Source of the DNA: an uncultured Nitrospiraceae bacterium
Lineage (GTDB): Bacteria > Nitrospirota > Thermodesulfovibrionia > Thermodesulfovibrionales > Dissulfurispiraceae
Direction of reading: 5' to 3'
NCBI GenBank assembly: GCA_903822005.1
Contig: CAIJNL010000026.1
Location: 14,421 to 78,420 of the forward strand
Length of the DNA stretch: 64,000 nt
Shown one piece after another: positions 30,505 through 39,001 of this stretch (the first letter of the stretch is position 1; each line of letters opens with the position of its first letter). Position numbers and translations under genes: made by a program. The notes beneath the pieces were generated by a model. It was not told the DNA's origin. It saw only the letters and a list, made by a program, of their open reading frames with translations, and ran no database searches.

Positions 30505-31497
30505 TTAGCTCGACAACCCCATGATATCAAACATCTTCTGGAGCCTGTGCGCATAGGTGTGGTCTTTGAGTGTACGGGCATAGCCCCGCTCCGCGATGTC
30601 TGTCCGCCGCGCGTCAGACCCCAGGTAGAATGCCGCCTTTTCTTTCAGTTCGTCCATATTTCTGTACAGGACTATCTCTTTGTCCGGCACATAAAGTCCG
30701 GGGATCTCTTCCTTGAAATCCGAAAGCTGGAATGTCCCGCAGCCGTTCGCTTCAAAGACCCTCGGATTCAACCCATAATCCCAGTTGCCATACCACGAAT
30801 GAATATTAAGCGCTATCCTGGAACGGTGGTAAATGCTCACCAGCTCCTCAGGGGTGAAAAAACCGTCCTGTTCGATACAGCCTCTGAGCGGGGAATCCTT
30901 TGCAAGCTTTTTGCCCCAGGACGGGCCGAATATGGAAACGCGAAAATCTTTGGCCACCTCTAACATCATCTTTTCGCGCATCGGGCCCCAGTCGCCGGCA
31001 AAACATACATCATAGTTCATGGCTGTCCCGGGCAGGGCTTTATGCAGCCGGGGAAAGGCAGCCAGCGGCAGGAAAAAGGCCTTGTCTATGCCCCCTTCCC
31101 TGTAATCCTTGACGCTGCCCATCGCGTTTGTGAAATAGTAGTCGTAAACAGAGGCCTGGGCAAGGGACCTTTTGAACTGGAACGGATCATTCAGCCACCA
31201 GCAAGCCGTGCGTATGCCCTTCTTCTTCATATATTCTATCGTCGCTCTGTCGTGATCGAACCCGAATATGGTCAGGAAGATATCGGGCCTGAAACTGTTT
31301 GCGAGCCCGCGCAGCTCATTGTTGATGTGAGCATAGAAGCTCTTTTTTGATACAGCCTTCAGCAGCCGGGGATAAATGCCGTTTACGCCGAAATTGAAAA
31401 GCCTGACATCATGCCCCATCTCCTTCAGCGTCTCGTATGTAAAGTAGTTCGACGGCACTGTCTTAAGATGACCGGCTATCGAAAGTATGATCTTCAT
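30505..31497 (-). CDS. CgeB-like glycosyltransferase-family protein (paralogue of 26148-27230)
   Basis: It has the same C-terminal pattern: LNPRVFEANGCGTFQLSDFKEEIPGLYVPDKEIVLYRNMDELKEKAAFYLGSDARRTDIAERGYARTLKDHTY. Confidence 0.65.
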   Translation of the reverse strand: MKIILSIAGHLKTVPSNYFTYETLKEMGHDVRLFNFGVNGIYPRLLKAVSKKSFYAHINNELRGLANSFRPDIFLTIFGFDHDRATIEYMKKKGIRTACWWLNDPFQFKRSLAQASVYDYYFTNAMGSVKDYREGGIDKAFFLPLAAFPRLHKALPGTAMNYDVCFAGDWGPMREKMMLEVAKDFRVSIFGPSWGKKLAKDSPLRGCIEQDGFFTPEELVSIYHRSRIALNIHSWYGNWDYGLNPRVFEANGCGTFQLSDFKEEIPGLYVPDKEIVLYRNMDELKEKAAFYLGSDARRTDIAERGYARTLKDHTYAHRLQKMFDIMGLSS

Positions 31498-31527
31498 ATT
31501 ACCTCCTGTGCTGCGGATGCCGTCAGG

Positions 31528-32484
31528 TTACTGCTGCAGCTTCTTGAACACCCTTATATTGTAGAACTCATCCTTCTCGAAATCGCCGTAATAATCCTTA
31601 TGCGCATGCAGGTCCATTATGGTATCGGTTATCGAAAATTGGGGCTGATAACCAAGAACAGTCTTGGCTTTTTCGAAAGAGACCTTGTAATTGCGGAAAT
31701 CCTGTATGTTCTTGAGGTCGATGGTTATCTCCCTGCCGGTCAGCTGCTCGACCTCAAACTTCACCATGTCTCCAACCTGGCCGACAGTGAAGTTGCCGGA
31801 AGCGACATTGAAGATGCCGCTTATCGAGTAATCCGCCTGGACTGCCCTTAAAAAAGCGGCCACCGAGTCCCTCAGATCGAATATCGGGCGCCATATGGAA
31901 GGATTATTGATGGTCACCTTGCCCTGGGTCATCGCTGTCTTGTACATCGTATTGACGATAAGATCCATCCTCATGCGCGGACTGTGTCCGCTGACCGTGC
32001 CCTGCCTCAGGGATATGACCGACAGCGCGTCGTCATTAAGCTGGAAAACCCCGCTTTCGCCCTGGAGCTTCGAAATACCGTAAGGATACCCGCAGGAAAC
32101 CGGGTCTGTTTCGTCATAAAGCTTGTTAGCCGCGTAGCCGTAGACAGAACAGGAAGAGGCATAAATATATCTTTTGATGCCGGATTTTTTTGCGATAAAG
32201 GCCAGATACGCGGGCAGCGCGGCATTGAAGATAAAATTCTTTGCAGGACTGTATTCGGCCATAGGATCGTTCGATACACCACCCAGGAATATTATCTGCT
32301 CATACCCGTTAAGATCCTCCGGCGTGCAGTCAAACAGGTCTTTCTGTATTAACTTGACCTTTTTCGGAAGGTAGTTGCCGAACCAGCAGAGGTCCATTAC
32401 CTCAACTTCATAACCGTGAGCCAAAAGCACAGGGGCCAGTGCCGATCCTATATAACCTGCCCCGCCCGCCAAAAGTATCTTCAT
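31528..32484 (-). CDS. NAD-dependent sugar-nucleotide epimerase/dehydratase (extended SDR)
   Basis: MKILLAGGAGYIGSAL Rossmann motif and the YGISK catalytic YxxxK are present. 318 aa. Confidence 0.85.
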   Translation of the reverse strand: MKILLAGGAGYIGSALAPVLLAHGYEVEVMDLCWFGNYLPKKVKLIQKDLFDCTPEDLNGYEQIIFLGGVSNDPMAEYSPAKNFIFNAALPAYLAFIAKKSGIKRYIYASSCSVYGYAANKLYDETDPVSCGYPYGISKLQGESGVFQLNDDALSVISLRQGTVSGHSPRMRMDLIVNTMYKTAMTQGKVTINNPSIWRPIFDLRDSVAAFLRAVQADYSISGIFNVASGNFTVGQVGDMVKFEVEQLTGREITIDLKNIQDFRNYKVSFEKAKTVLGYQPQFSITDTIMDLHAHKDYYGDFEKDEFYNIRVFKKLQQ

Positions 32485-32499
32485 AAAAACCTCCGCTGC

Positions 32500-33222
32500 T
32501 TATTTACCGTCAATAATTTTTTTATACCTGCTGCAATCCAGGGATGTATCTGCAGGCACTTTGAAGCTGACCTCTTTTACCGAAAGGGGCTTTATCTCCT
32601 TTGATTCATCCAGGCCCTTCGCGTACTCGAAGACCGTCTTCCTGTCTCCGCCGACATGAACAGTCCCGGTCACTTCCCTGTCTATAAGGTCCGCTATCTT
32701 CAGCGCTATCTTCCTGACGCTCTCCCTGCTGGTCCACTGATCGGTGAATGCCTTTTCGAATGGAAAGACATTCGGACCAAAAGACGTCCTTATGATCACT
32801 GCCTCTTCGTACATGCGTACGGCGCACTCCCCGCCAAGCTTGGACCAGGCGTATTTATTCACAGGACAGACAGGATCATCTTCTTTGTAGTTGCCCCTGT
32901 CCCCCTTGAAAACATAGTCGGTGGATATATACATGAGGCGGATTTTGTTGGTCATGCAGAGCTTCACCACGTTTGCAGTTCCCATGATATTGCTTTCGAG
33001 GGCCCTGAGCGGGTCCTGATCGATCCTGGGCGGAGAGGTAAAGGCCGCGGCATGAATTAAAAGCCGTATGTCCCTGCCCCTCAGATAGGCCTCCATCTGC
33101 CCATAGTCCGTTACATTGAATTCGGCAGAGGACGGGTATAATGCATCCGGCAGCAGGCTGCGGAATTCGGTGCCGAGCAGTCCGCTGCCCCCGGTGAACA
33201 GTATGCCGCGCTGGTCTGTCAT
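32500..33222 (-). CDS. Short RmlD-like sugar-nucleotide 4-reductase (SDR, RmlD substrate-binding type)
   Basis: ILFTGGSGLLG, STDYVF and YAWSKLGGE (YxxxK) are present. At 240 aa it is shorter than canonical RmlD. Confidence 0.65.
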   Translation of the reverse strand: MTDQRGILFTGGSGLLGTEFRSLLPDALYPSSAEFNVTDYGQMEAYLRGRDIRLLIHAAAFTSPPRIDQDPLRALESNIMGTANVVKLCMTNKIRLMYISTDYVFKGDRGNYKEDDPVCPVNKYAWSKLGGECAVRMYEEAVIIRTSFGPNVFPFEKAFTDQWTSRESVRKIALKIADLIDREVTGTVHVGGDRKTVFEYAKGLDESKEIKPLSVKEVSFKVPADTSLDCSRYKKIIDGK

Positions 33223-33864
33223 TTATGCGGTCTTCCCGTAAATGAAATTGTCAGAGCGCGTATCCGCCGACCATGCTGCAAGCGAAAAACCGTTTCTGTC
33301 CTTGTCGGTTACAAGCGGATTTGCGGCCGCAATCGAATCAAAGGTCTGTTTCAGTCCGGGCTCGCAGAGCGACCAGTCGATATCAGCCGAAAAAGGCGAT
33401 ATCCCTGCTTCGCATCCCTGGCTGTATTCACCGGAACAGAGGTATTCTATGCTCGTTTCAGCTGTAAAATAATTGCCATGGGCAAATCCGGGCGGGACCC
33501 ATATCCATTCATTATAGTCCGCCTCGGGACCAGACGGCATGTCGTACGCGATGGCCTTGCCGAAGGTCGGAGAGCCTTTTCTAATGTCGAGCACCATATC
33601 CACCATGCGGCCATGCAGCGTCCGCACCAGCTTGCCCATGAACGGGTTCCACTGGAAATGCATGCCCCTGATAGTCCCCGCTTTTGAATAGCTCTCATTG
33701 CACTGCACGAACTCCACCCCTTTCATGAAGTCCATCTCAGGATGGCCCGCAAAATCGCTCTTCCTGAAATGCTCGGTAAAATAACCCCTGGCATCGCAAA
33801 AACGGGCGAAACGTATGATCCTGATATCCGGTATAGCAAGGCCTTTTATTACGGTAATCTTCAT
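33223..33864 (-). CDS. RmlC-like cupin sugar-nucleotide 3,5- (or 3-) epimerase
   Basis: F.D.RGYF, RGMHFQ, KLVR...G...D...D.R.GSPTFGK and VPPGFAHG are present, the dTDP-4-dehydrorhamnose 3,5-epimerase fold pattern. Its stop abuts the next gene's start. Confidence 0.72.
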   Translation of the reverse strand: MKITVIKGLAIPDIRIIRFARFCDARGYFTEHFRKSDFAGHPEMDFMKGVEFVQCNESYSKAGTIRGMHFQWNPFMGKLVRTLHGRMVDMVLDIRKGSPTFGKAIAYDMPSGPEADYNEWIWVPPGFAHGNYFTAETSIEYLCSGEYSQGCEAGISPFSADIDWSLCEPGLKQTFDSIAAANPLVTDKDRNGFSLAAWSADTRSDNFIYGKTA

Positions 33865-33885
33865 ATCTTATATCTTCTCCCTGTC

Positions 33886-33904
33886 TCCCGGACCGCGTCC
33901 GGGA
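33886..33904 (-). promoter_or_regulatory. GC-rich hairpin immediately 5' of the SD of the RmlC-like gene
   Basis: UCCCGGAC-GCG-GUCCGGGA forms an 8-bp stem with a 3-nt loop. It ends about 5 nt before the AGGGAGA SD and 21 nt before ATG 33864. There is no downstream U-tract in either orientation, so it is not a canonical terminator. Confidence 0.35.
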
Positions 33905-34133
33905 AAAATAATGATAGACAAAAGTTCAGCCTTGACATCAAGACAGCCGGCATTACGCACCGAGCGGAGGCAGGCATCAAAGCTGTAAGAAATATTGGCC
34001 AATTACCCGCCAAAATACTGAATATTATAACTGATAGCGAAAGGGTTTTTCCCGAACAGCACCTGTCGACAATCTGTCAAATCCTTTACGCAAACAAAAC
34101 TATATGTTTTACCCTGTCCTGTATTGCGTGCTG

Positions 34134-34931
34134 CTAACGGTATTTTCTGATCAGGTTATCCCAGTCTATTCCAGGGACCGCGTGATTTGCAGCCATGTGG
34201 TTGGCTATGCCAGGCATGGGAGCCCACAATTTAAAGGCCCGGCCTGCCAGCATCTGGAGAATATTATGCTTATACATGCGCCTTAATGTCTTCCACGGTG
34301 CGTCGAATTTCTTGAGCTTCGTTATTGCAAGCCAGAGGGCGAAATCGCTTATCCTGCTATATGACCTCAATGGCCGTTCAGCTTCCTCAAGTACCCGCTT
34401 TGTAGTCATAAATGTCAGGCAGGTTGAAGCCGCAGTCCTCCAGTGACGGCCGGCTTGAAAAATTATCTCCGACTTGTGGTTGTTGAGTTCCGGCCGCCTG
34501 TAATAATCGGGGTGGTCATACGGCGTTACAAAATCGACATCGTCGCGTGCGACCAGATCAAGCATCGCGGGGAATGCACCTTCAAGATAGAAATAATCAT
34601 CTTCTGCGAAATAGACCGTTGCGGATTCATCCTGCCGGAGCAGGACCTCAATCTGTGCGGCAAAGGTCGCCTTGTTGCCGACCGGTGTATTAAACCTGAC
34701 AATCTCCAGGTTTTTGCAAAGGCCCCTGAAAAGACCTTCATACCTGTCGTCGCACCCGTCGAGGATGGCGTAAACCTTGAATTTTATGCCGTCAAGACTT
34801 CTCAGCATGGACTTCAGGCATACTTCCGAAAAGTGATATTTATCGGACCATTCATCCCGCATGAACGCATTTTTACCAAGTCCCGGATATATGCGGTAAG
34901 CGATGACGAGATCAAATTGGCCGGTAGACAT
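34134..34931 (-). CDS. GT-A fold (family 2-like) glycosyltransferase
   Basis: 265 aa. It has DLVIAYRIYP at the N-terminus and an AEDDY (DxD-like) motif. Context is the glycan locus. The family assignment is tentative. Confidence 0.5.
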   Translation of the reverse strand: MSTGQFDLVIAYRIYPGLGKNAFMRDEWSDKYHFSEVCLKSMLRSLDGIKFKVYAILDGCDDRYEGLFRGLCKNLEIVRFNTPVGNKATFAAQIEVLLRQDESATVYFAEDDYFYLEGAFPAMLDLVARDDVDFVTPYDHPDYYRRPELNNHKSEIIFQAGRHWRTAASTCLTFMTTKRVLEEAERPLRSYSRISDFALWLAITKLKKFDAPWKTLRRMYKHNILQMLAGRAFKLWAPMPGIANHMAANHAVPGIDWDNLIRKYR

Positions 34932-35039
34932 ACAGACACCTCTTCCGCAAATTAAATAAGATGTTCAGTGCCGCGAAAACTATTTGCCCTGCGCCTTATC
35001 GTCCGGACTTCCATATCAGTCCACCCGGGCATGGTTAGC

Positions 35040-36167
35040 TTACCTCCCGGCAATCTGCTTTATCAATCCTATAAACTGATCAGCAGCCCTGTCTATCGAA
35101 AAAGCCTCGGCCTTTGCGCGCGCGCGCCTGCCCATGGATTCAGCATCCGTGAGTGCGAGAGCGATCTTGCCGGCAAGTTCGGAAGGGTCTGATACCGAGT
35201 TCATAACGAATCCTTCCCTGCCCTGTTCAATTATTTCAGCAGCTCCGTTATTGCGGGTGGTTATGACCGGAAGTCCTGATGCCATTGCTTCAAGGCAGGC
35301 GTTGCTGAATGGATCATAAAGGGTCGGCAGCACAAAGAGGTCTGCCGCGGAATAGAACCTCTCAATATTCGACTGGGGGCCAAGAAAAAAAAGATTCTCC
35401 TCTACTCCGATTTTTTTTGCCATCTCGCGATATTCCGTGCTGTCACCTTTGCCAAGGACAAGGGCAACCAGTTTTTCGCCCTTAATCGACCTTTTTGTTT
35501 CAGGCAGCGCCCGGATCAATGTATGCAGTCCCTTGCGCCTGAAGCCGGTCCCCACAAAAAGCAGGACTCTGTCCCTCTCTCCGATACCGAGGGAATTGCG
35601 GACCGATGCACGCCAGGATGTTCGATTGTCCGGCGAAAAGCGTGTCAGGTCGACGCCGTTGTGGGCAACGGCAATCCTGTCCGCTGGTGCGCCGTAATAT
35701 TTTATGATCTGGTCTTTGACCATGCCAGAGTTCGCGATGATCATCGGCGTTTCATCGAATATTTTTTTTTCAAGAGACAGGGTGTAGCGATGCAGAGGGT
35801 TGAGGCTGAACGACAGCCTTCTGTAAAGAGGTTCTGCCTCGCCCCGGATATCGAGCCATGCCCTGTGGCAGCCGTCGCCTGCCCTGTAAATGTCCTGATA
35901 TTCGGTCCTCTCGAAACTGACTATGCAGTCAAAGCGTTCTTTTTTGAGACCGGATGCCACATTTTTGTTAAAGGACAGGACCGAAAGAAAGGAGGTCATT
36001 GGCAGGACGCCTACCTTGTGAAAGGCAAGTCCGGGCTCATCAGTCCATCGATTTGCGAAGACATGCAGATCATGGCCCTCTTTTTTCAGCTCGCCAAGCA
36101 TGGTCCTGAGGTACTGCTCGGCGCCGCCATATACAGAAAATCGTTTTTTTACAAAGGCAAGCCGCAT
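35040..36167 (-). CDS. GT4-family glycosyltransferase (WaaG/RfaG-like)
   Basis: MRLAFVKKRFSVYGGAEQY at the N-terminus and YDPFSNACLEAMASGLPVITT (EX7E) are present. It is the first gene of the 20-kb minus-strand array. Confidence 0.85.
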   Translation of the reverse strand: MRLAFVKKRFSVYGGAEQYLRTMLGELKKEGHDLHVFANRWTDEPGLAFHKVGVLPMTSFLSVLSFNKNVASGLKKERFDCIVSFERTEYQDIYRAGDGCHRAWLDIRGEAEPLYRRLSFSLNPLHRYTLSLEKKIFDETPMIIANSGMVKDQIIKYYGAPADRIAVAHNGVDLTRFSPDNRTSWRASVRNSLGIGERDRVLLFVGTGFRRKGLHTLIRALPETKRSIKGEKLVALVLGKGDSTEYREMAKKIGVEENLFFLGPQSNIERFYSAADLFVLPTLYDPFSNACLEAMASGLPVITTRNNGAAEIIEQGREGFVMNSVSDPSELAGKIALALTDAESMGRRARAKAEAFSIDRAADQFIGLIKQIAGR

Positions 36168-36293
36168 CTTCTATTAAAGCATATTAGCCGCAGGCAACGG
36201 CAATATAACGGGGCGGCAGACACTTATTCCCATAACCGCGCCATAAATGATATGATATTTGCCTAACCTTAAAAAATCCCAGCATGAAAGGAT

Positions 36294-37700
36294 ATGGACA
36301 TGAGCGCTTACAAAACCGTGGGCAAGGAAGACATCGATTTTCTCCGGTCCGTAGTCGGAGACAGCAGGCTGTACGCGGGAGACGCTATCAGCAAGGATTT
36401 CAGTCATGACGAGATGGGCGGCGTGCATAAAATGCCTGAAGTCCTGGTAGAGCCCCTGAAGACTGAAGAAGTGTCCAAAATAATGGCTTATGCCAACAAG
36501 TCCAACATCCCTGTTGTTATCAGAGGATGCGGCACCGGCCTGGTTGGCGCCTCTGTAGCTATTCACGGGGGCATAATGCTCAGCATGGCCAAGATGAAAC
36601 AGATCCTTGAACTTGACGAAGACAACCTCACGCTCACTGTTGAGCCGGGACTCACCCTTCAGGAGATAATCGACTATGTAACGCCCCGTGATTTCATGTA
36701 TCCGCCGGACCCCGGCGAAAAGAACGCGGCGATCGGCGGCAATATCAATACCAACGCAGGCGGCATGCGCGCCGTCAAATACGGAGTTACCCGCGACTAT
36801 ATCCGCGGCCTTGAAGTAGTACTGCCGAGCGGCAAGGTAATTGAAGTGGGCGAGAAAAAGGCCGTAAAGAACAGCTCCGGCTACAGCCTGAAGAATCTTA
36901 TCATCGGTTCGGAAGGCACCCTCGGCGTAGTTACCAGGGCGGTACTGAAGCTTGTGCCTCTCCCAAAAATTGTCGTCAGCCTGCTGATACCCTTCAAAGA
37001 TTTGGAATCCGCTATTGAAACTGTCCCGAAGATAGTCAGGTCGAAGTCCCTTCCTACTTCCATTGAATATATGGAAAGGGAAGTCATCCTGGATTCCGAG
37101 AAATTCCTCGGCAAGAAGTTCCCGGACAATACCGCGGATTCTTATCTGCTGCTTACTTTTGACGGCAGCAACATGGAGACTGTAGAGAAGGATTATGAAG
37201 CTGTAGCGGAGATCTGCCTTGAGAGCGGCGCGCTGGATGTCCTTGTTATAGACACACCTGACCGCAAAGAGGCCATCTGGAGCACCCGCGGATCATTCCT
37301 TGAAGCGATAAAAAACTCGACCACGGCAATGGATGAGTGCGACGTCTGCGTACCAAGGAACAAGATCGCCGATTTCATAAAATATACCCACGAAATAAGG
37401 GATAAATCCGGCGTGCGCATCAAATCTTTCGGGCATGCCGGCGACGGCAACCTCCACGCTTATATCCTTAAAGACCAGATGACCGAGGAAGAGTGGGAAA
37501 AGAAATCAGGCGAGATTTTCACTCTCCTGTACAATAAGGCTGAGGAACTTGACGGCCTGGTTTCAGGCGAGCATGGCATAGGGTATGTCAAAAAAGAGTA
37601 TTTCCATCGCCAGCTCGGGGAAGAGCAGGTTAACATAATGAGAGGCATCAAGGCTGTCTTTGATCCTAACAACATATTGAACCCTGGCAAGGTCATATAG
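36294..37700 (+). CDS. FAD-linked oxidase (GlcD / D-lactate dehydrogenase family)
   Basis: 468 aa. It has an FAD_binding_4-type N-terminus (PVVIRGCGTGLVGASV) and the C-terminal SGEHGIGYVK motif. No glcE or glcF lies next to it. Confidence 0.85.
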   Translation: MDMSAYKTVGKEDIDFLRSVVGDSRLYAGDAISKDFSHDEMGGVHKMPEVLVEPLKTEEVSKIMAYANKSNIPVVIRGCGTGLVGASVAIHGGIMLSMAKMKQILELDEDNLTLTVEPGLTLQEIIDYVTPRDFMYPPDPGEKNAAIGGNINTNAGGMRAVKYGVTRDYIRGLEVVLPSGKVIEVGEKKAVKNSSGYSLKNLIIGSEGTLGVVTRAVLKLVPLPKIVVSLLIPFKDLESAIETVPKIVRSKSLPTSIEYMEREVILDSEKFLGKKFPDNTADSYLLLTFDGSNMETVEKDYEAVAEICLESGALDVLVIDTPDRKEAIWSTRGSFLEAIKNSTTAMDECDVCVPRNKIADFIKYTHEIRDKSGVRIKSFGHAGDGNLHAYILKDQMTEEEWEKKSGEIFTLLYNKAEELDGLVSGEHGIGYVKKEYFHRQLGEEQVNIMRGIKAVFDPNNILNPGKVI

Positions 37701-37735
37701 CAGCCGGCTGCTTATTGCCGACCCTGAAATAACTG

Positions 37736-37777
37736 AAAAGGGCTCAAAGCTGAACGAAACTTTGAGCCCTTTTTATT
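37736..37777. terminator. Bidirectional intrinsic terminator between convergent glcD-like and rnfB
   Basis: AAAGGGCUCAAAG-(10 nt)-CUUUGAGCCCUUU forms a 13-bp perfect stem. It is flanked by an A-run upstream and UUUAUU downstream. Confidence 0.85.
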
Positions 37778-37798
37778 GTCCTTAGGCCGGACCGTTCA

Positions 37799-38947
37799 CT
37801 AAGATGCCTTCCTGATGTTCTTTTTTGCAGCCTTAACGCGCTCTGAATTGAACGTACCCTCGAAAGCCTCAACAGGACATTTGGACACACAGAGGCCACA
37901 CCCAACACATTTATGCTTATCGACCACATGCCTGCTCTTGGGTAAGCCGGTTATAGCTTCGACCGGGCAGACCTTCAGGCATGCCCCGCAACCGATGCAT
38001 GCGTCATTAATTGCTGCCTTTGTCCTCGGGACAAAATCAGCTATAGCGCCGGTCGGGCACTTCGGAACACATAGACCGCAGACAGTGCACCTGGCGGGGT
38101 CTATCCTCGACAGATTATTCTTTACAACAGGCGCGTCAAACGGGCATACCTTCACGCATATACCGCAGGCTATACAGCCGGCGCTGCAGAGCTTGCGCGT
38201 GTCTGCCGCTTTGTCCCTGGAGTGGCAGACAACTACCACTGCCTTTGAGGCCGGGAGCAGCTCTATCACCTTCTTTGGACAGGCTGCAACACACTTGCCG
38301 CAGGCGGTGCATTTGTCCATATCCACAAGAGGAAGGCCGTTATCGCTCATTTTTATTGCATCAAACGGACAGACCCTTTCGCAAGTGCCGTAACCGAGAC
38401 AACCATAAATGCATGTTTTGTCGCCGCCGCCGGCAAGCACGGCAGCCCGGCAGTCCGGCATACCTTCATATCTGTATTTTTTGGCGGCTTCCTTAAGGCC
38501 TCCGCCGCACATGATCCGTGCAAACTGCTTTTCCCTGATCTCGGCCGTCTTTCCCGTCAGTTCAGCTATCCTCAGGGCGGCCCTTTCGCCCGCGGGTATG
38601 CAGAGGCTCGGTGACATATTGGGGTCCTTCACAACAGCTTCGGCATACTGCTCACAGCCCGCGAACCCGCAGGCCCCGCAGTGCGCCTGGGCCAGCTGTT
38701 CATTGACCTTCTCAACCAGCGGGTCTGTCTTTATCGCAAATTTCTTTGCAGTATAAGCAAGCAGAAAACCGAATATCGTGCCCATGCATGCCAGAAAGAT
38801 CAGCGAATATCTGATAAGCGGCGCGATATCCACACTCTCTTTGGCCTCTATCTCTCCGCCCACGCCGATATGCGGAAGTATCTGTGTCAGATCGGCAAAC
38901 TGGATTATGCCGATTATGTCAGACGCTATTTTATGAACATCGTACAT
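37799..38947 (-). CDS. rnfB: Rnf complex subunit B, polyferredoxin type
   Basis: It has an N-terminal TM helix and an Fe-S cluster domain (CGACGFAGC). Six CxxCxxCxxxCP 4Fe-4S motifs follow: CIYGCLGYGTCERVCP, CTACGKCVAACP, CIACGICVKVCP, CTVCGLCVPKCP, CIGCGACLKVCP, CVGCGLCVSKCP. It is the last gene of rnfCDGEAB. Confidence 0.85.
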   Translation of the reverse strand: MYDVHKIASDIIGIIQFADLTQILPHIGVGGEIEAKESVDIAPLIRYSLIFLACMGTIFGFLLAYTAKKFAIKTDPLVEKVNEQLAQAHCGACGFAGCEQYAEAVVKDPNMSPSLCIPAGERAALRIAELTGKTAEIREKQFARIMCGGGLKEAAKKYRYEGMPDCRAAVLAGGGDKTCIYGCLGYGTCERVCPFDAIKMSDNGLPLVDMDKCTACGKCVAACPKKVIELLPASKAVVVVCHSRDKAADTRKLCSAGCIACGICVKVCPFDAPVVKNNLSRIDPARCTVCGLCVPKCPTGAIADFVPRTKAAINDACIGCGACLKVCPVEAITGLPKSRHVVDKHKCVGCGLCVSKCPVEAFEGTFNSERVKAAKKNIRKAS

Positions 38948-39001
38948 TACAAACTTCCTCCATTAGGACTTATGCTGTTACTCCTGACAGGACCAGCAGG
39001 A

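Noticed and set aside
35523-36266. 247-aa plus-strand ORF antisense to the WaaG-like GT4 gene. The same reasoning applies to 11064-11786, 58761-59429, 5130-5759, 37815-38393, 49104-49682 and 62321-62899.
   Set aside because: All are antisense to genes with strong family motifs, lack SD sequences and have skewed composition. I treat them as non-coding.
36174-36566. 130-aa minus-strand ORF overlapping the start of the GlcD-like gene
   Set aside because: It is antisense to the well-supported FAD-oxidase N-terminus, with no motif and no SD.
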